A stretch of 11,721 bases of DNA from a virus. Lineage: Duplodnaviria > Heunggongvirae > Uroviricota > Caudoviricetes. A program made the translations under genes and the position numbers. The notes below the pieces were generated by a model. The model searched no databases, was not told the origin of the DNA, and saw only the letters and a list, made by a program, of their open reading frames with translations. Where the stretch lies: the IMG/VR virus record IMGVR_UViG_2663762849_000017; one strand, given 5' to 3'. Positions within the stretch are counted from its first letter, which is position 1; each line of letters begins with the position of its first letter. Below, piece after piece: positions 1 through 7,936 of the stretch.

Positions 1-1
1 A

Positions 2-142
2 GCCCGTACAGAGATCACTCATTACCGTATGCATGGCGCGGGTAGCGCCAACGATGGCGTCTACCGGACACGCCTGAATACATTTAGTGCAGCCAATACA
101 GTTATTTTCATCAATAACCGCCACCATCCGCGCTGGCGTTAG
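2..142 (+). CDS. Partial ORF (3' end only; 5' end lies outside the window); position is consistent with the end of a late antiterminator (Q-like) gene, but the product is not recognised
   Basis: Open frame from the window edge to TAG at 140-142, immediately upstream of a leader/terminator and a pinholin gene, which matches the lambdoid order Q-pR'-tR'-S-R. The sequence itself was not recognised; the assignment is positional only. Confidence 0.25.
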
Positions 143-179
143 CTCTTGCGCTTCGCCATCCAGCGGCTGCGGCTCGACT

Positions 180-260
180 CATTGGTTATTTGTTGAAGTT
201 TTCTTATGTATTTGTGGTGGTGTTTTGAACACTCGGTGGCATTCTCACAAATATCATTTA
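180..260 (+). promoter_or_regulatory. Candidate late promoter (pR'-like) / leader region upstream of the lysis cassette
   Basis: AT-rich stretch with imperfect sigma70-like hexamers (e.g. TTGAAC at 225-230) about 100 bp upstream of an intrinsic terminator and about 250 bp upstream of the holin start, as in the lambdoid pR'/qut/tR' layout. The hexamers are weak and the exact promoter is not resolved. Confidence 0.25.
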
Positions 261-322
261 GTAGTTTACGTACGTAAAAAATTGGTTATGCTGTTAAGAG
301 TGGTTACTTCGTCACACAGCTT

Positions 323-350
323 AAACCCGCCGTCGAGCGGGTTTTTCCAT
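323..350 (+). terminator. Rho-independent terminator (tR'-like) in the late leader
   Basis: Perfect 8-bp inverted repeat AAACCCGC / GCGGGTTT (323-330 and 337-344) around a 6-nt loop, followed by a T-rich tract TTTTCCATTTTTT. Confidence 0.65.
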
Positions 351-484
351 TTTTTGAGTCTCGATATTAGCTGATAACCCAATACCTGAGTTATTCACTG
401 ACTCCGAATCTGTTACGTTTCTGCCTTTATTGCGATACGTAGTATCCCCTTAATTTACACCCGCTTTGTCTGCGAGGTGGGGTT

Positions 485-700
485 ATGAAATCCATGGATA
501 AGTTAACAACGGGTGTCGCCTATGGCACCTCAGCAGGTAGTGCCGGGTACTGGTTTTTACAGTTGCTCGATAAAGTCACGCCCTCACAGTGGGCGGCAAT
601 AGGTGTGCTGGGTAGTCTGGTATTTGGCTTGCTGACGTATCTGACAAACCTTTATTTCAAGATTAAAGAAGATAAGCGTAAGGCTGCGAGAGGTGAATAA
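485..700 (+). CDS. S: Class II holin (pinholin), phage 21 S21-like, 71 aa
   Basis: ATG at 485 preceded by a GAGGTGGGG Shine-Dalgarno. The N-terminus MKSMDK carries the dual-start motif (Met1/Met4) typical of S21 holin/antiholin. Two hydrophobic helices are followed by a charged C-terminus [13 protein letters not shown]. The protein closely resembles the phage 21 pinholin as I recall it. Its stop overlaps the next ATG (TAATG). Confidence 0.85.
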
Positions 701-3700
701 TGTCGCCATCATTACGCAAGGCTATTGCTGCTATTGGTGGTGGGGCTGTTGCCATAGCGTCTGTGCTCATCACTGGTCCGAGTGGTGACGATGGCCTGGA
801 AGGTGTCAGCTACATACCATACAAAGATATTGTTGGTGTATGGACTGTATGTCACGGGCATACAGGAAAAGACATCATGCTCGGTAAAACGTATAAAGGC
901 AGCAGTAAGGGGCATACCCCGCGCGAAGCGAAGGACAACCTGAAATCCACGCAGTTACTGAGTGTGATCGATGCCATCAGCGAAGGGCCGATTGAAGGTC
1001 CGGTGGATGGGTTAAAAAGCGTGCTACTGAACAGTACGCCGGTGCTGGACACTGAGGGGAATACCAATATCTCCGGTGTCACGGTGGTGTTCCGGGCAGG
1101 TGAGCAGGAGCAGACTCCGCCGGAGGGGTTTGAATCCTCCGGCTCCGAGACGGTGCTGGGTACGGAAGTGAAATACGACACGCCGATCACCCGCACCATC
1201 ACGTCGGCAAACATCGACCGTCTGCGTTTTACCTTCGGTGTGCAGGCACTGGTGGAAACCACTTCAAAGGGTGACCGGAATCCGTCGGAAGTTCGCCTGC
1301 TGGTTCAGATACAGCGTAACGGTGGCTGGGTGACGGAAAAAGACATCACCATTAAGGGCAAAACCACCTCGCAGTATCTGGCCTCGGTGGTGGTGGATAA
1401 CCTGCCTCCGCGCCCGTTCAATATCCGGATGCGCAGGATGACACCGGACAGCACCACAGACCAGCTGCAGAACAAAACGCTCTGGTCGTCATACACCGAA
1501 ATCATCGATATGAAACAGTGCTACCCGAACACGGCACTGGTCGGTGTGCAGGAGGACTCGGAGCAGTTCGGCAGTCAGCAGGTGAGTCGTAATTATCATC
1601 TGCGCGGGCGCATTCTGCAGGTGCCGTCGAACTATAACCCGCAGACGCGACAATACAGCGGTATCTGGGACGGAACGTTAAAACCGGCATACAGCAACAA
1701 CATGGCCTGGTGTCTGTGGGATATGCTGACCCATCCGCGCTACGGCATGGGGAAACGTCTTGGTGCGGCGGATGTGGACAAATGGGCGCTGTATGTCATC
1801 GGCCAGAATTGCGACCAGTCGGTGCCGGATGGTTTTGGTGGCACGGAGCCGCGCATCACCTGTAATGCCTGGCTGACCACACAGCGTAAGGCGTGGGATG
1901 TTCTCAGTGATTTCTGCTCGGCGATGCGCTGTATGCCGGTATGGAACGGGCAGACGCTGACGTTCGTGCAGGACCGGCCGTCGGATAAGGTGTGGACCTA
2001 TAACCGCAGTAATGTGGTGATGCCGGATGATGGCGCGCCGTTCCGCTACAGTTTCAGCGCCCTGAAGGACCGCCATAATGCCGTTGAGGTGAACTGGATT
2101 GACCCGGATAACGGCTGGGAGACGGCGACAGAGCTTGTGGAGGACACGCAGGCCATTGCCCGTTACGGTCGTAACGTCACGAAGATGGATGCCTTTGGCT
2201 GTACCAGTCGGGGGCAGGCACACCGAGCCGGGCTGTGGCTGATTAAAACGGAACTGCTGGAAACGCAGACCGTGGATTTCAGCGTGGGCGCAGAAGGGCT
2301 TCGCCATGTGCCGGGCGATGTTATTGAAATCTGCGATGATGACTATGCGGGTATCAGCATCGGCGGGCGCGTGCTGGCGGTGAACAGCCAGACCCGGACG
2401 CTGACGCTCGACCGTGAAATCACTCTGCCATCCTCCGGTACCACGCTGATAAGCCTGGTTGACGGAAGCGGCAATCCGGTCAGCGTGGAGGTCCAGTCCG
2501 TCACCGACGGCGTGAAGGTAAAAGTGAGCCGGGTTCCTGACGGCGTTGCCGGATACAGCGTGTGGGGGCTGAAGTTGCCGACGTTGCGCCAGCGCCTGTT
2601 CCGCTGCGTGAGTATCCGTGAGAACGATGACGGCACGTATGCCATCACTGCCGTGCAGCATGTACCGGAAAAAGAGGCCATCGTGGATAACGGGGCGCAC
2701 TTTGACGGCGACCAGAGCGGCACGGTGAATGGTGTCACGCCGCCAGCGGTGCAGCACCTGACTGCCGAAGTCACCGCAGACAGCGGGGAATATCAGGTGC
2801 TGGCGCGCTGGGACACGCCGAAGGTGGTGAAGGGGGTGAGCTTTATGCTTCGCCTGACCGTGGCAGCGGATGACGGCAGTGAGCGGCTGGTCAGCACGGC
2901 CCGGACGACGGAAACCACATACCGCTTCACGCAACTGGCGCTGGGGCGGTACACGCTGACAGTCCGGGCGGTAAATGCGTGGGGGCAGCAGGGCGATCCG
3001 GCGTCGGTATCGTTCCGGATTGCCGCACCGGCAGCACCGTCGAGGATTGATCTGACGCCGGGCTATTTTCAGATAACCGCCACGCCGCATCTTGCCGTTT
3101 ATGACCCGACGGTACAGTTTGAATTCTGGTTCTCGGAAAAGCGGATTACCGATATCAGGCAGGTTGAAACCACAGCCCGCTATCTTGGCACGGCGCTGTA
3201 CTGGATAGCTGCCAGTATCAATATTAAGCCGGGCCATGATTATTATTTTTATATCCGCAGTGTGAATACTGTTGGCAAATCGGCATTCGTGGAGGCTGTC
3301 GGTCAGGCGAGCGATGATGCTTCCGGCTATCTGGATTTTTTCAAAGGCCAGATAACTGAATCCCATCTCGGCAAGGAGCTGCTGGAAAAAGTCGAGCTGA
3401 CGGAGGATAACGCCAGCAAACTGGAGGAGTTTTCGAAAGAGTGGAAAGACGCCAACGATAAATGGAATGCCATGTGGGGCGTCAAAATTGAGCAGACCGA
3501 AGACGGCAGGCATTATGTCGCGGGTATTGGCCTCAGCATGGAGGATACGGAGGAAGGCAAACTGAGCCAGTTCCTGGTTGCCGCTAACCGTATCGCGTTT
3601 ATTGACCCGGCAAACGGGAATGAAACGCCGATGTTTGTGGCGCAGGGCAACCAGATATTCATGAACGAAGTGTTCCTGAAGTATCTGACGGCTCCCACCA

Positions 3701-4287
3701 TTACCAGCGGCGGCAATCCGCCGGTATTTTCCCTGACACCGGACGGGCGGTTGACGGCGAAAAATGCCGATATCAGCGGTAACGTGAATGCGAACTCAGG
3801 GACGCTCAATAATGTCACGATTAACCAGAACTGTCGGATTCTGGGAAAACTGTCTGCCAACCAGATTGAAGGTGATATTGTCAAAACGGTGGGAAAAGCC
3901 TTTCCGAGAAATGGCAGTTATGCCAGCGGTACAATAACGGTCACTGTGTACGATGACCAGGCTTTTGACCGTCAGATAGTAATCCCACCCGTTCTGTTTC
4001 GCGGTGGTAAGCATGAAAACTTCAACAGCAACAACCAACAGTCATACTGGTATTCAACCTGTAAGCTGCAGGTACTGAAGAACGGACAGGAAATCTTTCA
4101 GCAACCCGCGACGGATGTCAGCAGGGTATTTTCATCCGTCATTGATATGCCAGCGGGACACGGCCATGTCACCCTGACTTTCAATGTTTCTTCATATGGT
4201 GCAAATAACTGGACGCCAACGACCAGTATCAGCGACCTTCTTGTTGTCGTGATGAAGAAATCAACAGCCGGTATCAGTATCAGTTGA
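700..4287 (+). CDS. J: Chimeric ORF: N-terminal ~65 aa of a SAR endolysin (R21-like lysozyme) fused in frame to a lambda J-like tail-tip host-specificity protein (residues ~66-1195)
   Basis: Residues 1-65 ([65 protein letters not shown]) match the signal-anchor-release domain and start of the catalytic domain of phage 21 endolysin. From [22 protein letters not shown] onward the protein is collinear with lambda gpJ (recalled from memory). There is no ATG at the position of the native J start, so translation depends on the R start. The ORF is uninterrupted over 3.6 kb. The last ~140 aa differ from the lambda J C-terminus and are lower in GC. Confidence 0.85.
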   Translation: MSPSLRKAIAAIGGGAVAIASVLITGPSGDDGLEGVSYIPYKDIVGVWTVCHGHTGKDIMLGKTYKGSSKGHTPREAKDNLKSTQLLSVIDAISEGPIEGPVDGLKSVLLNSTPVLDTEGNTNISGVTVVFRAGEQEQTPPEGFESSGSETVLGTEVKYDTPITRTITSANIDRLRFTFGVQALVETTSKGDRNPSEVRLLVQIQRNGGWVTEKDITIKGKTTSQYLASVVVDNLPPRPFNIRMRRMTPDSTTDQLQNKTLWSSYTEIIDMKQCYPNTALVGVQEDSEQFGSQQVSRNYHLRGRILQVPSNYNPQTRQYSGIWDGTLKPAYSNNMAWCLWDMLTHPRYGMGKRLGAADVDKWALYVIGQNCDQSVPDGFGGTEPRITCNAWLTTQRKAWDVLSDFCSAMRCMPVWNGQTLTFVQDRPSDKVWTYNRSNVVMPDDGAPFRYSFSALKDRHNAVEVNWIDPDNGWETATELVEDTQAIARYGRNVTKMDAFGCTSRGQAHRAGLWLIKTELLETQTVDFSVGAEGLRHVPGDVIEICDDDYAGISIGGRVLAVNSQTRTLTLDREITLPSSGTTLISLVDGSGNPVSVEVQSVTDGVKVKVSRVPDGVAGYSVWGLKLPTLRQRLFRCVSIRENDDGTYAITAVQHVPEKEAIVDNGAHFDGDQSGTVNGVTPPAVQHLTAEVTADSGEYQVLARWDTPKVVKGVSFMLRLTVAADDGSERLVSTARTTETTYRFTQLALGRYTLTVRAVNAWGQQGDPASVSFRIAAPAAPSRIDLTPGYFQITATPHLAVYDPTVQFEFWFSEKRITDIRQVETTARYLGTALYWIAASINIKPGHDYYFYIRSVNTVGKSAFVEAVGQASDDASGYLDFFKGQITESHLGKELLEKVELTEDNASKLEEFSKEWKDANDKWNAMWGVKIEQTEDGRHYVAGIGLSMEDTEEGKLSQFLVAANRIAFIDPANGNETPMFVAQGNQIFMNEVFLKYLTAPTITSGGNPPVFSLTPDGRLTAKNADISGNVNANSGTLNNVTINQNCRILGKLSANQIEGDIVKTVGKAFPRNGSYASGTITVTVYDDQAFDRQIVIPPVLFRGGKHENFNSNNQQSYWYSTCKLQVLKNGQEIFQQPATDVSRVFSSVIDMPAGHGHVTLTFNVSSYGANNWTPTTSISDLLVVVMKKSTAGISIS

Positions 4288-4305
4288 ATTTTATAACCCA
4301 AATAC

Positions 4306-4331
4306 GGGCGCCAGAAATGGCGCCTTTTTTA
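4306..4331 (+). terminator. Rho-independent terminator between J and stf
   Basis: GGCGCC (4307-4312), loop AGAAAT, GGCGCC (4319-4324), followed by TTTTTT (4325-4330). Confidence 0.6.
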
Positions 4332-4345
4332 TTTGTGGAGTGAAT

Positions 4346-6406
4346 ATGGCAGTACAGATTTCAGGCGTGCTGAAAGACGGTGCAGGAAAACCAATACAGA
4401 ACTGTACTATTCAGCTCAAAGCAAAGCGTAACAGCACCACGGTACTGGTGAACACGGTGGCCTCTGAAAATCCGGATGAAGCCGGGCGTTACAGCATGGA
4501 TGTTGAGTATGGCCAGTACAGCGTCACCCTGCTGGTTGAAGGTTTTCCGCCTTCACATGCCGGGACCATTACCGTCTATGAAGGTTCCAGACCAGGTACG
4601 CTGAATGATTTTCTCGGTGCCATGACGGAAGATGATGTCATGCCGGAGGCATTGCGTCGTTTTGAGGTAATGGTGGAGGATGTGGCACGCAACGCTGAAG
4701 CCGCCTCTCAGAGCGCAGCGGCAGCAAAGAAATCAGAAACAGCAGCGGCATCGTCCAGGAACGCGGCGAAAACATCAGAGACGAATGCAGGTAACAGCGC
4801 GAAAGCGGCAGCTTCTTCAAAAACAGCCGCACAAAACGCAGCAACAGCGGCAGAACGTTCAGAGACAAATGCCCGTGCGTCAGAAGAAGCCTCCGCAGAC
4901 AGTGAAGAGGCTTCCCGCCGTAATGCAGAGTCAGCCGCTGAAAATGCCGGAGTCGCCACCACAAAAGCGCGGGAGGCTGCAGCAGACGCAACAAAGGCCG
5001 GGCAGAAAAAGGATGAGGCTCTGTCGGCAGCGACACGAGCTGAAAAGGCGGCAGACCGCGCAGAAGCCGCAGCGGAAGTGACTGCAGAGCCCTATGCGAA
5101 TATAGTGCCGCCGCTGCCTGATGTGTGGATACCGTTTAACGATTCACTGGATATGATTGCGGGTTTTTCTCCGGGCTATAAAAAAATAGCTATTGGTGAC
5201 GATGTGGTTCAGGTCGCCAGTGATAAACAGGTTAATTTCAGTCGCGCATCAACGGCAACATATATCAACAAATCTGGCGAACTGAAAACGGCGGAAATTA
5301 ATGAGCCGCGATTTGAGTGTGATGGCCTGCTTATTGAGGGACAAAGAACGAACTACATGCTCAATTCGGAAAGTCCAGCCAGCTGGGGGAAGTCATCAAA
5401 CATGGATGTGCCCGAAACCGGGACGGATAGTTTTGGTTTTACTTATGGAAAGTTTGTCTGCAACGATTCTCTGGTTGGGCAAACTTCGGCTATTAATATG
5501 GCATCAATTGCTGCAACAAAGTCAGTTGATGTCTCAGGCGATAACAAGTACGTGACAACCTCATGCCGTTTTAAAACAGAACGACAGGTAAGGTTACGTA
5601 TACGGTTTGATAAGTATGATGGTAGTGCAACAACTTTTCTTGGCGATGCGTACATTGATACGCAAACGCTTGAAATTAATATGACAGGTGGTGCTGCCGG
5701 CAGAATTACGGCACGAGTCAGGAAGGATAAGACCACGGGCTGGATTTTTGCAGAGGCAACGATTCAGGCAATTGATGGAGAGTTAAAAATAGGCTCTCAG
5801 ATACAGTATTCTCCTGAGCAGGGTGGGGCAACAGTATCTGGTGACTATATTTATCTTGCCACCCCACAAGTAGAGAATGGACCATGTGTATCATCATTTA
5901 TTATTTCAGGAGGCAGCGCAACGACAAGAGCCAGTGATTTGGTTAGTATCCCCACCAGAAATAATCTTTATAAGTTACCATTTACTTTTTTACTTGAGAT
6001 TCATAAAAACTGGGATATTGCACCAAACGCCGCACCCCGCGTGTGGGATATAGCAGCAGCCAATACCGGGCAATCAGCAATTGCAGCAATCAACAGAGGT
6101 AGTGGTAAGTTATATATGAGTCTGTCAAACCCTTCAGGCTCGTATGTTAATAGCGCAGCGACAGATGTATTTGCAGAGAAAACCACATTTGGATGTATTG
6201 CAAAAGCTGATGGTCACTTTCATGTGGTGACAAATGGTAAAGCGGTTAATGAAGTTTATTGTGAATATAATGGCGTGACCGCTGATAAAAATATCCGATT
6301 TGGAGGGCAGACGAATACTGGAGAACGACATCTGTTTGGCCATATTCGCAATTTCCGCATATGGCATAAAGAATTAAATGACAGGCAATTAAAAGAGGTC
6401 GTATGA
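4346..6406 (+). CDS. stf: Side tail fibre protein (lambda Stf-like N-terminus, Ala/Ser-rich shaft, divergent lectin-like C-terminal domain)
   Basis: The N-terminus MAVQISGVLKDGAGKPIQNCTIQLKAKRNSTTV...GRYSMDVEYGQYSVTLLVEGFPPSHAGTITVYE matches the lambda Stf N-terminal domain as I recall it. It is followed by an Ala/Ser/Glu-rich repetitive shaft. The C-terminal ~430 aa are encoded by lower-GC DNA and end in NFRIWHKELNDRQLKEV, a motif typical of concanavalin-A-like/LamG jelly-roll domains. I place the start at ATG 4346 with GGAG 6 nt upstream; the ORF track starts at GTG 4340. Confidence 0.8.
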   Translation: MAVQISGVLKDGAGKPIQNCTIQLKAKRNSTTVLVNTVASENPDEAGRYSMDVEYGQYSVTLLVEGFPPSHAGTITVYEGSRPGTLNDFLGAMTEDDVMPEALRRFEVMVEDVARNAEAASQSAAAAKKSETAAASSRNAAKTSETNAGNSAKAAASSKTAAQNAATAAERSETNARASEEASADSEEASRRNAESAAENAGVATTKAREAAADATKAGQKKDEALSAATRAEKAADRAEAAAEVTAEPYANIVPPLPDVWIPFNDSLDMIAGFSPGYKKIAIGDDVVQVASDKQVNFSRASTATYINKSGELKTAEINEPRFECDGLLIEGQRTNYMLNSESPASWGKSSNMDVPETGTDSFGFTYGKFVCNDSLVGQTSAINMASIAATKSVDVSGDNKYVTTSCRFKTERQVRLRIRFDKYDGSATTFLGDAYIDTQTLEINMTGGAAGRITARVRKDKTTGWIFAEATIQAIDGELKIGSQIQYSPEQGGATVSGDYIYLATPQVENGPCVSSFIISGGSATTRASDLVSIPTRNNLYKLPFTFLLEIHKNWDIAPNAAPRVWDIAAANTGQSAIAAINRGSGKLYMSLSNPSGSYVNSAATDVFAEKTTFGCIAKADGHFHVVTNGKAVNEVYCEYNGVTADKNIRFGGQTNTGERHLFGHIRNFRIWHKELNDRQLKEVV
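4680..5090 (+). repeat. Ala/Ser/Glu-rich low-complexity repeat region inside stf (fibre shaft)
   Basis: Reiterated motifs such as AAxxSETNA / AASS / AAENA in the translation. The GC-rich repetitive codons produce spurious ORFs in other frames and on the opposite strand. Confidence 0.6.
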
Positions 6407-6681
6407 AAGATTTAACTTTGAAGTTTCATGACAAACTGCAGTTTAAGGCCTTCCTGTCATCTCTTGGCTGGGCGGAAGATGAAGACCTCCAGAATAAACT
6501 GTTAGTTGATGAAATTGGTTTCACCTACACAGAAACAGGGGTAACAGAAGAGGGAGAACCTGTCTGTATCCGGAATGATGGTTATTTTGTCAACATTCGC
6601 ATTCTTGATGACTTGTTTGATGTTTCTGTATTCTCTGATTATGTCGTGGAGCTGGAAACACCGCTTCGGGAATGGAGCTGA
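6403..6681 (+). CDS. Hypothetical acidic 92-aa protein, translationally coupled to stf; possible tail-fibre accessory/chaperone by position only
   Basis: ATG at 6403 overlaps the stf stop (ATGA), with AAAAGAGG 4 nt upstream. The product is acidic and has no hydrophobic segment. It does not resemble the lambda Tfa N-terminus and its family was not recognised. Confidence 0.5.
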   Translation: MKDLTLKFHDKLQFKAFLSSLGWAEDEDLQNKLLVDEIGFTYTETGVTEEGEPVCIRNDGYFVNIRILDDLFDVSVFSDYVVELETPLREWS

Positions 6682-6693
6682 AAGGAGGAAATA

Positions 6694-7134
6694 ATGGATA
6701 TAAGCCCCTTACTTCATGCACTTTGTGCTGTGGCTGCGCAGATACTGGTTGGTCTTTTTACCGGAAACTGGGCTTACGGAGCGATAGCCGGTTGTACGTT
6801 CTTCATTGCGCGTGAACATACCCAGGCAGAATATCGCTGGATTGAAATGTTCGGGCATGGCAAGCGAATGAATATGCCGTGGTGGGGCGGTTTTGATCCG
6901 CGTGCTTGGGATGTGGCAAGCCTGATGGATTTTGCTGTGCCGGTGGTGGCGTGTCTGCTGGTCTGGCTGTTGGTTAATCGTGGGCGAAAAAAGGTGAGCT
7001 GTATATGCAACGGAGGAAGAAACCCCGTTGCTGGAAGCCAGGAAAAAGTATCGGGTGTTGCTGTCCTCGGATGTTGTGCTAATTGGGTGATAACAGATCC
7101 TGTGTATGGGAGTTTCCCTTTTTGCGTGCGTTGA
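6694..7134 (+). CDS. Hypothetical small integral membrane protein (about 3 predicted TM helices), 146 aa; C-terminal extent uncertain
   Basis: Strong Shine-Dalgarno AAGGAGG 5 nt before ATG 6694, 12 nt after the previous stop. Hydrophobic segments are LLHALCAVAAQILVGLFTG, AYGAIAGCTFFIA and VASLMDFAVPVVACLLVWLLV, followed by RGRKK. The last ~18 codons overlap the convergent sitD 3' end, so the true C-terminus is uncertain. Confidence 0.5.
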   Translation: MDISPLLHALCAVAAQILVGLFTGNWAYGAIAGCTFFIAREHTQAEYRWIEMFGHGKRMNMPWWGGFDPRAWDVASLMDFAVPVVACLLVWLLVNRGRKKVSCICNGGRNPVAGSQEKVSGVAVLGCCANWVITDPVYGSFPFCVR

Positions 7135-7936
7135 TGCTGGTAACGGCAAACGTCATGATGAACAAAACCGCGAATAAGACGACAATCGTCGGAGCTGGTG
7201 CGCTGTCGATAAAAAAGGACAACCAGACACCAGTCATTGACACTATTACCGATATGCCAGTCGCCAGTAGGAGCGCAATATGAAAGCGTTGTGTCAGGAG
7301 TACCGCAATGGCGCCAGGCGCAATGAGCAGAGAAATGGAGAGAATGATACCTACCGCTTTCAGCGTCGCCACAATGGTCAGAGAGACCATGCACAGCAGC
7401 CCATAATGCAGCCATCTCGTATGCAAACCGCTTACCTGCGCCTGTTGATAATCAAAGCTGAACAGCAAAAAATCCCGCCATTTTACGCTAATAACAAGTG
7501 TAACCAGCCCGGCAATAATCATCGTCTGGATTATATCGCCGATGGTTATCCCGAGCATGTCGCCGAAAAGAATATGGTCAAGATGTACGTCTGGTTTGAC
7601 TGCAATATACAAGATCAGACCTGCGGCAAACATGCCAGAAAAAACAATCCCCATCACTGTATCTTGCTTGATTCGGCTGTTGTCTTTCAGGTATCCCGTC
7701 GCCACCGCGCAGAATACTCCGGCGACGAATGCCCCTGTAGCCAAAGGTAACCCCAGAATCCAGGCAAGCACGATGCCAGGAAAAACCGCATGACTCATCG
7801 CGTCACCCATCAGTGCCCAACCTTTCAGGACCAGAAAGACTGACAGCAGCGCACAGGGTATGGAAACTACCAGTGAAATCAGCAGTGCGTGACTCATAAA
7901 GGTGAACTGCAGTGGCTCCAGTAATAATGCCATCAT
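7079..7936 (-). CDS. sitD: Mn/Fe ABC transporter permease SitD
   Basis: 285-aa polytopic membrane protein, last gene of a four-gene operon (binding protein, ATPase, two permeases). Its start overlaps the sitC stop by 4 bp. Confidence 0.85.
   Translation of the reverse strand: MMALLLEPLQFTFMSHALLISLVVSIPCALLSVFLVLKGWALMGDAMSHAVFPGIVLAWILGLPLATGAFVAGVFCAVATGYLKDNSRIKQDTVMGIVFSGMFAAGLILYIAVKPDVHLDHILFGDMLGITIGDIIQTMIIAGLVTLVISVKWRDFLLFSFDYQQAQVSGLHTRWLHYGLLCMVSLTIVATLKAVGIILSISLLIAPGAIAVLLTQRFHIALLLATGISVIVSMTGVWLSFFIDSAPAPTIVVLFAVLFIMTFAVTSINARKKGNSHTQDLLSPN

Noticed and set aside
87-374. 95-codon + ORF across the late leader
   Set aside because: It overlaps the candidate partial upstream ORF in a different frame and runs through the intrinsic terminator hairpin. 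It has no RBS and is most likely non-coding leader.
852-1262. 136-codon minus-strand ORF
   Set aside because: Antisense within J; low-complexity Ser/Pro/Val-rich translation and no RBS.
2343-2774. 143-codon minus-strand ORF
   Set aside because: Antisense within J and nested inside the larger spurious antisense frame.
1678-3513. 611-codon ORF on the minus strand
   Set aside because: It lies entirely antisense to the J coding region. Long open antisense frames are expected in GC-rich, codon-biased genes. The translation is Arg/Pro/His-rich with no start context, whereas the sense frame gives a recognisable J protein.
4340-4345. GTG at 4340 as the stf start (as in the ORF track)
   Set aside because: ATG at 4346 has better spacing to the GGAG Shine-Dalgarno and gives the MAVQISG N-terminus matching lambda Stf. 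The GTG would add two residues (M-N) with the SD too close.
4638-5081. Three overlapping ORFs (4680-5081 +, 4638-5036 -, 4708-4962 -) in the Ala-rich region
   Set aside because: They arise from the repetitive GCN-rich codons of the stf shaft. The translations are poly-Ala or poly-Arg/Gln low complexity. The stf frame is continuous through this region.
6709-7415. Minus-strand ORFs 6709-7149 and 6774-7415
   Set aside because: They overlap sitD in a different frame and are antisense to the 146-aa ORF, which has a strong RBS. The translations are His/Arg/Ser-rich with no start context.
7280-7793. + strand ORFs 7280-7750 and 7542-7793
   Set aside because: Antisense to sitD; no RBS; the sitD frame encodes a coherent polytopic membrane protein.
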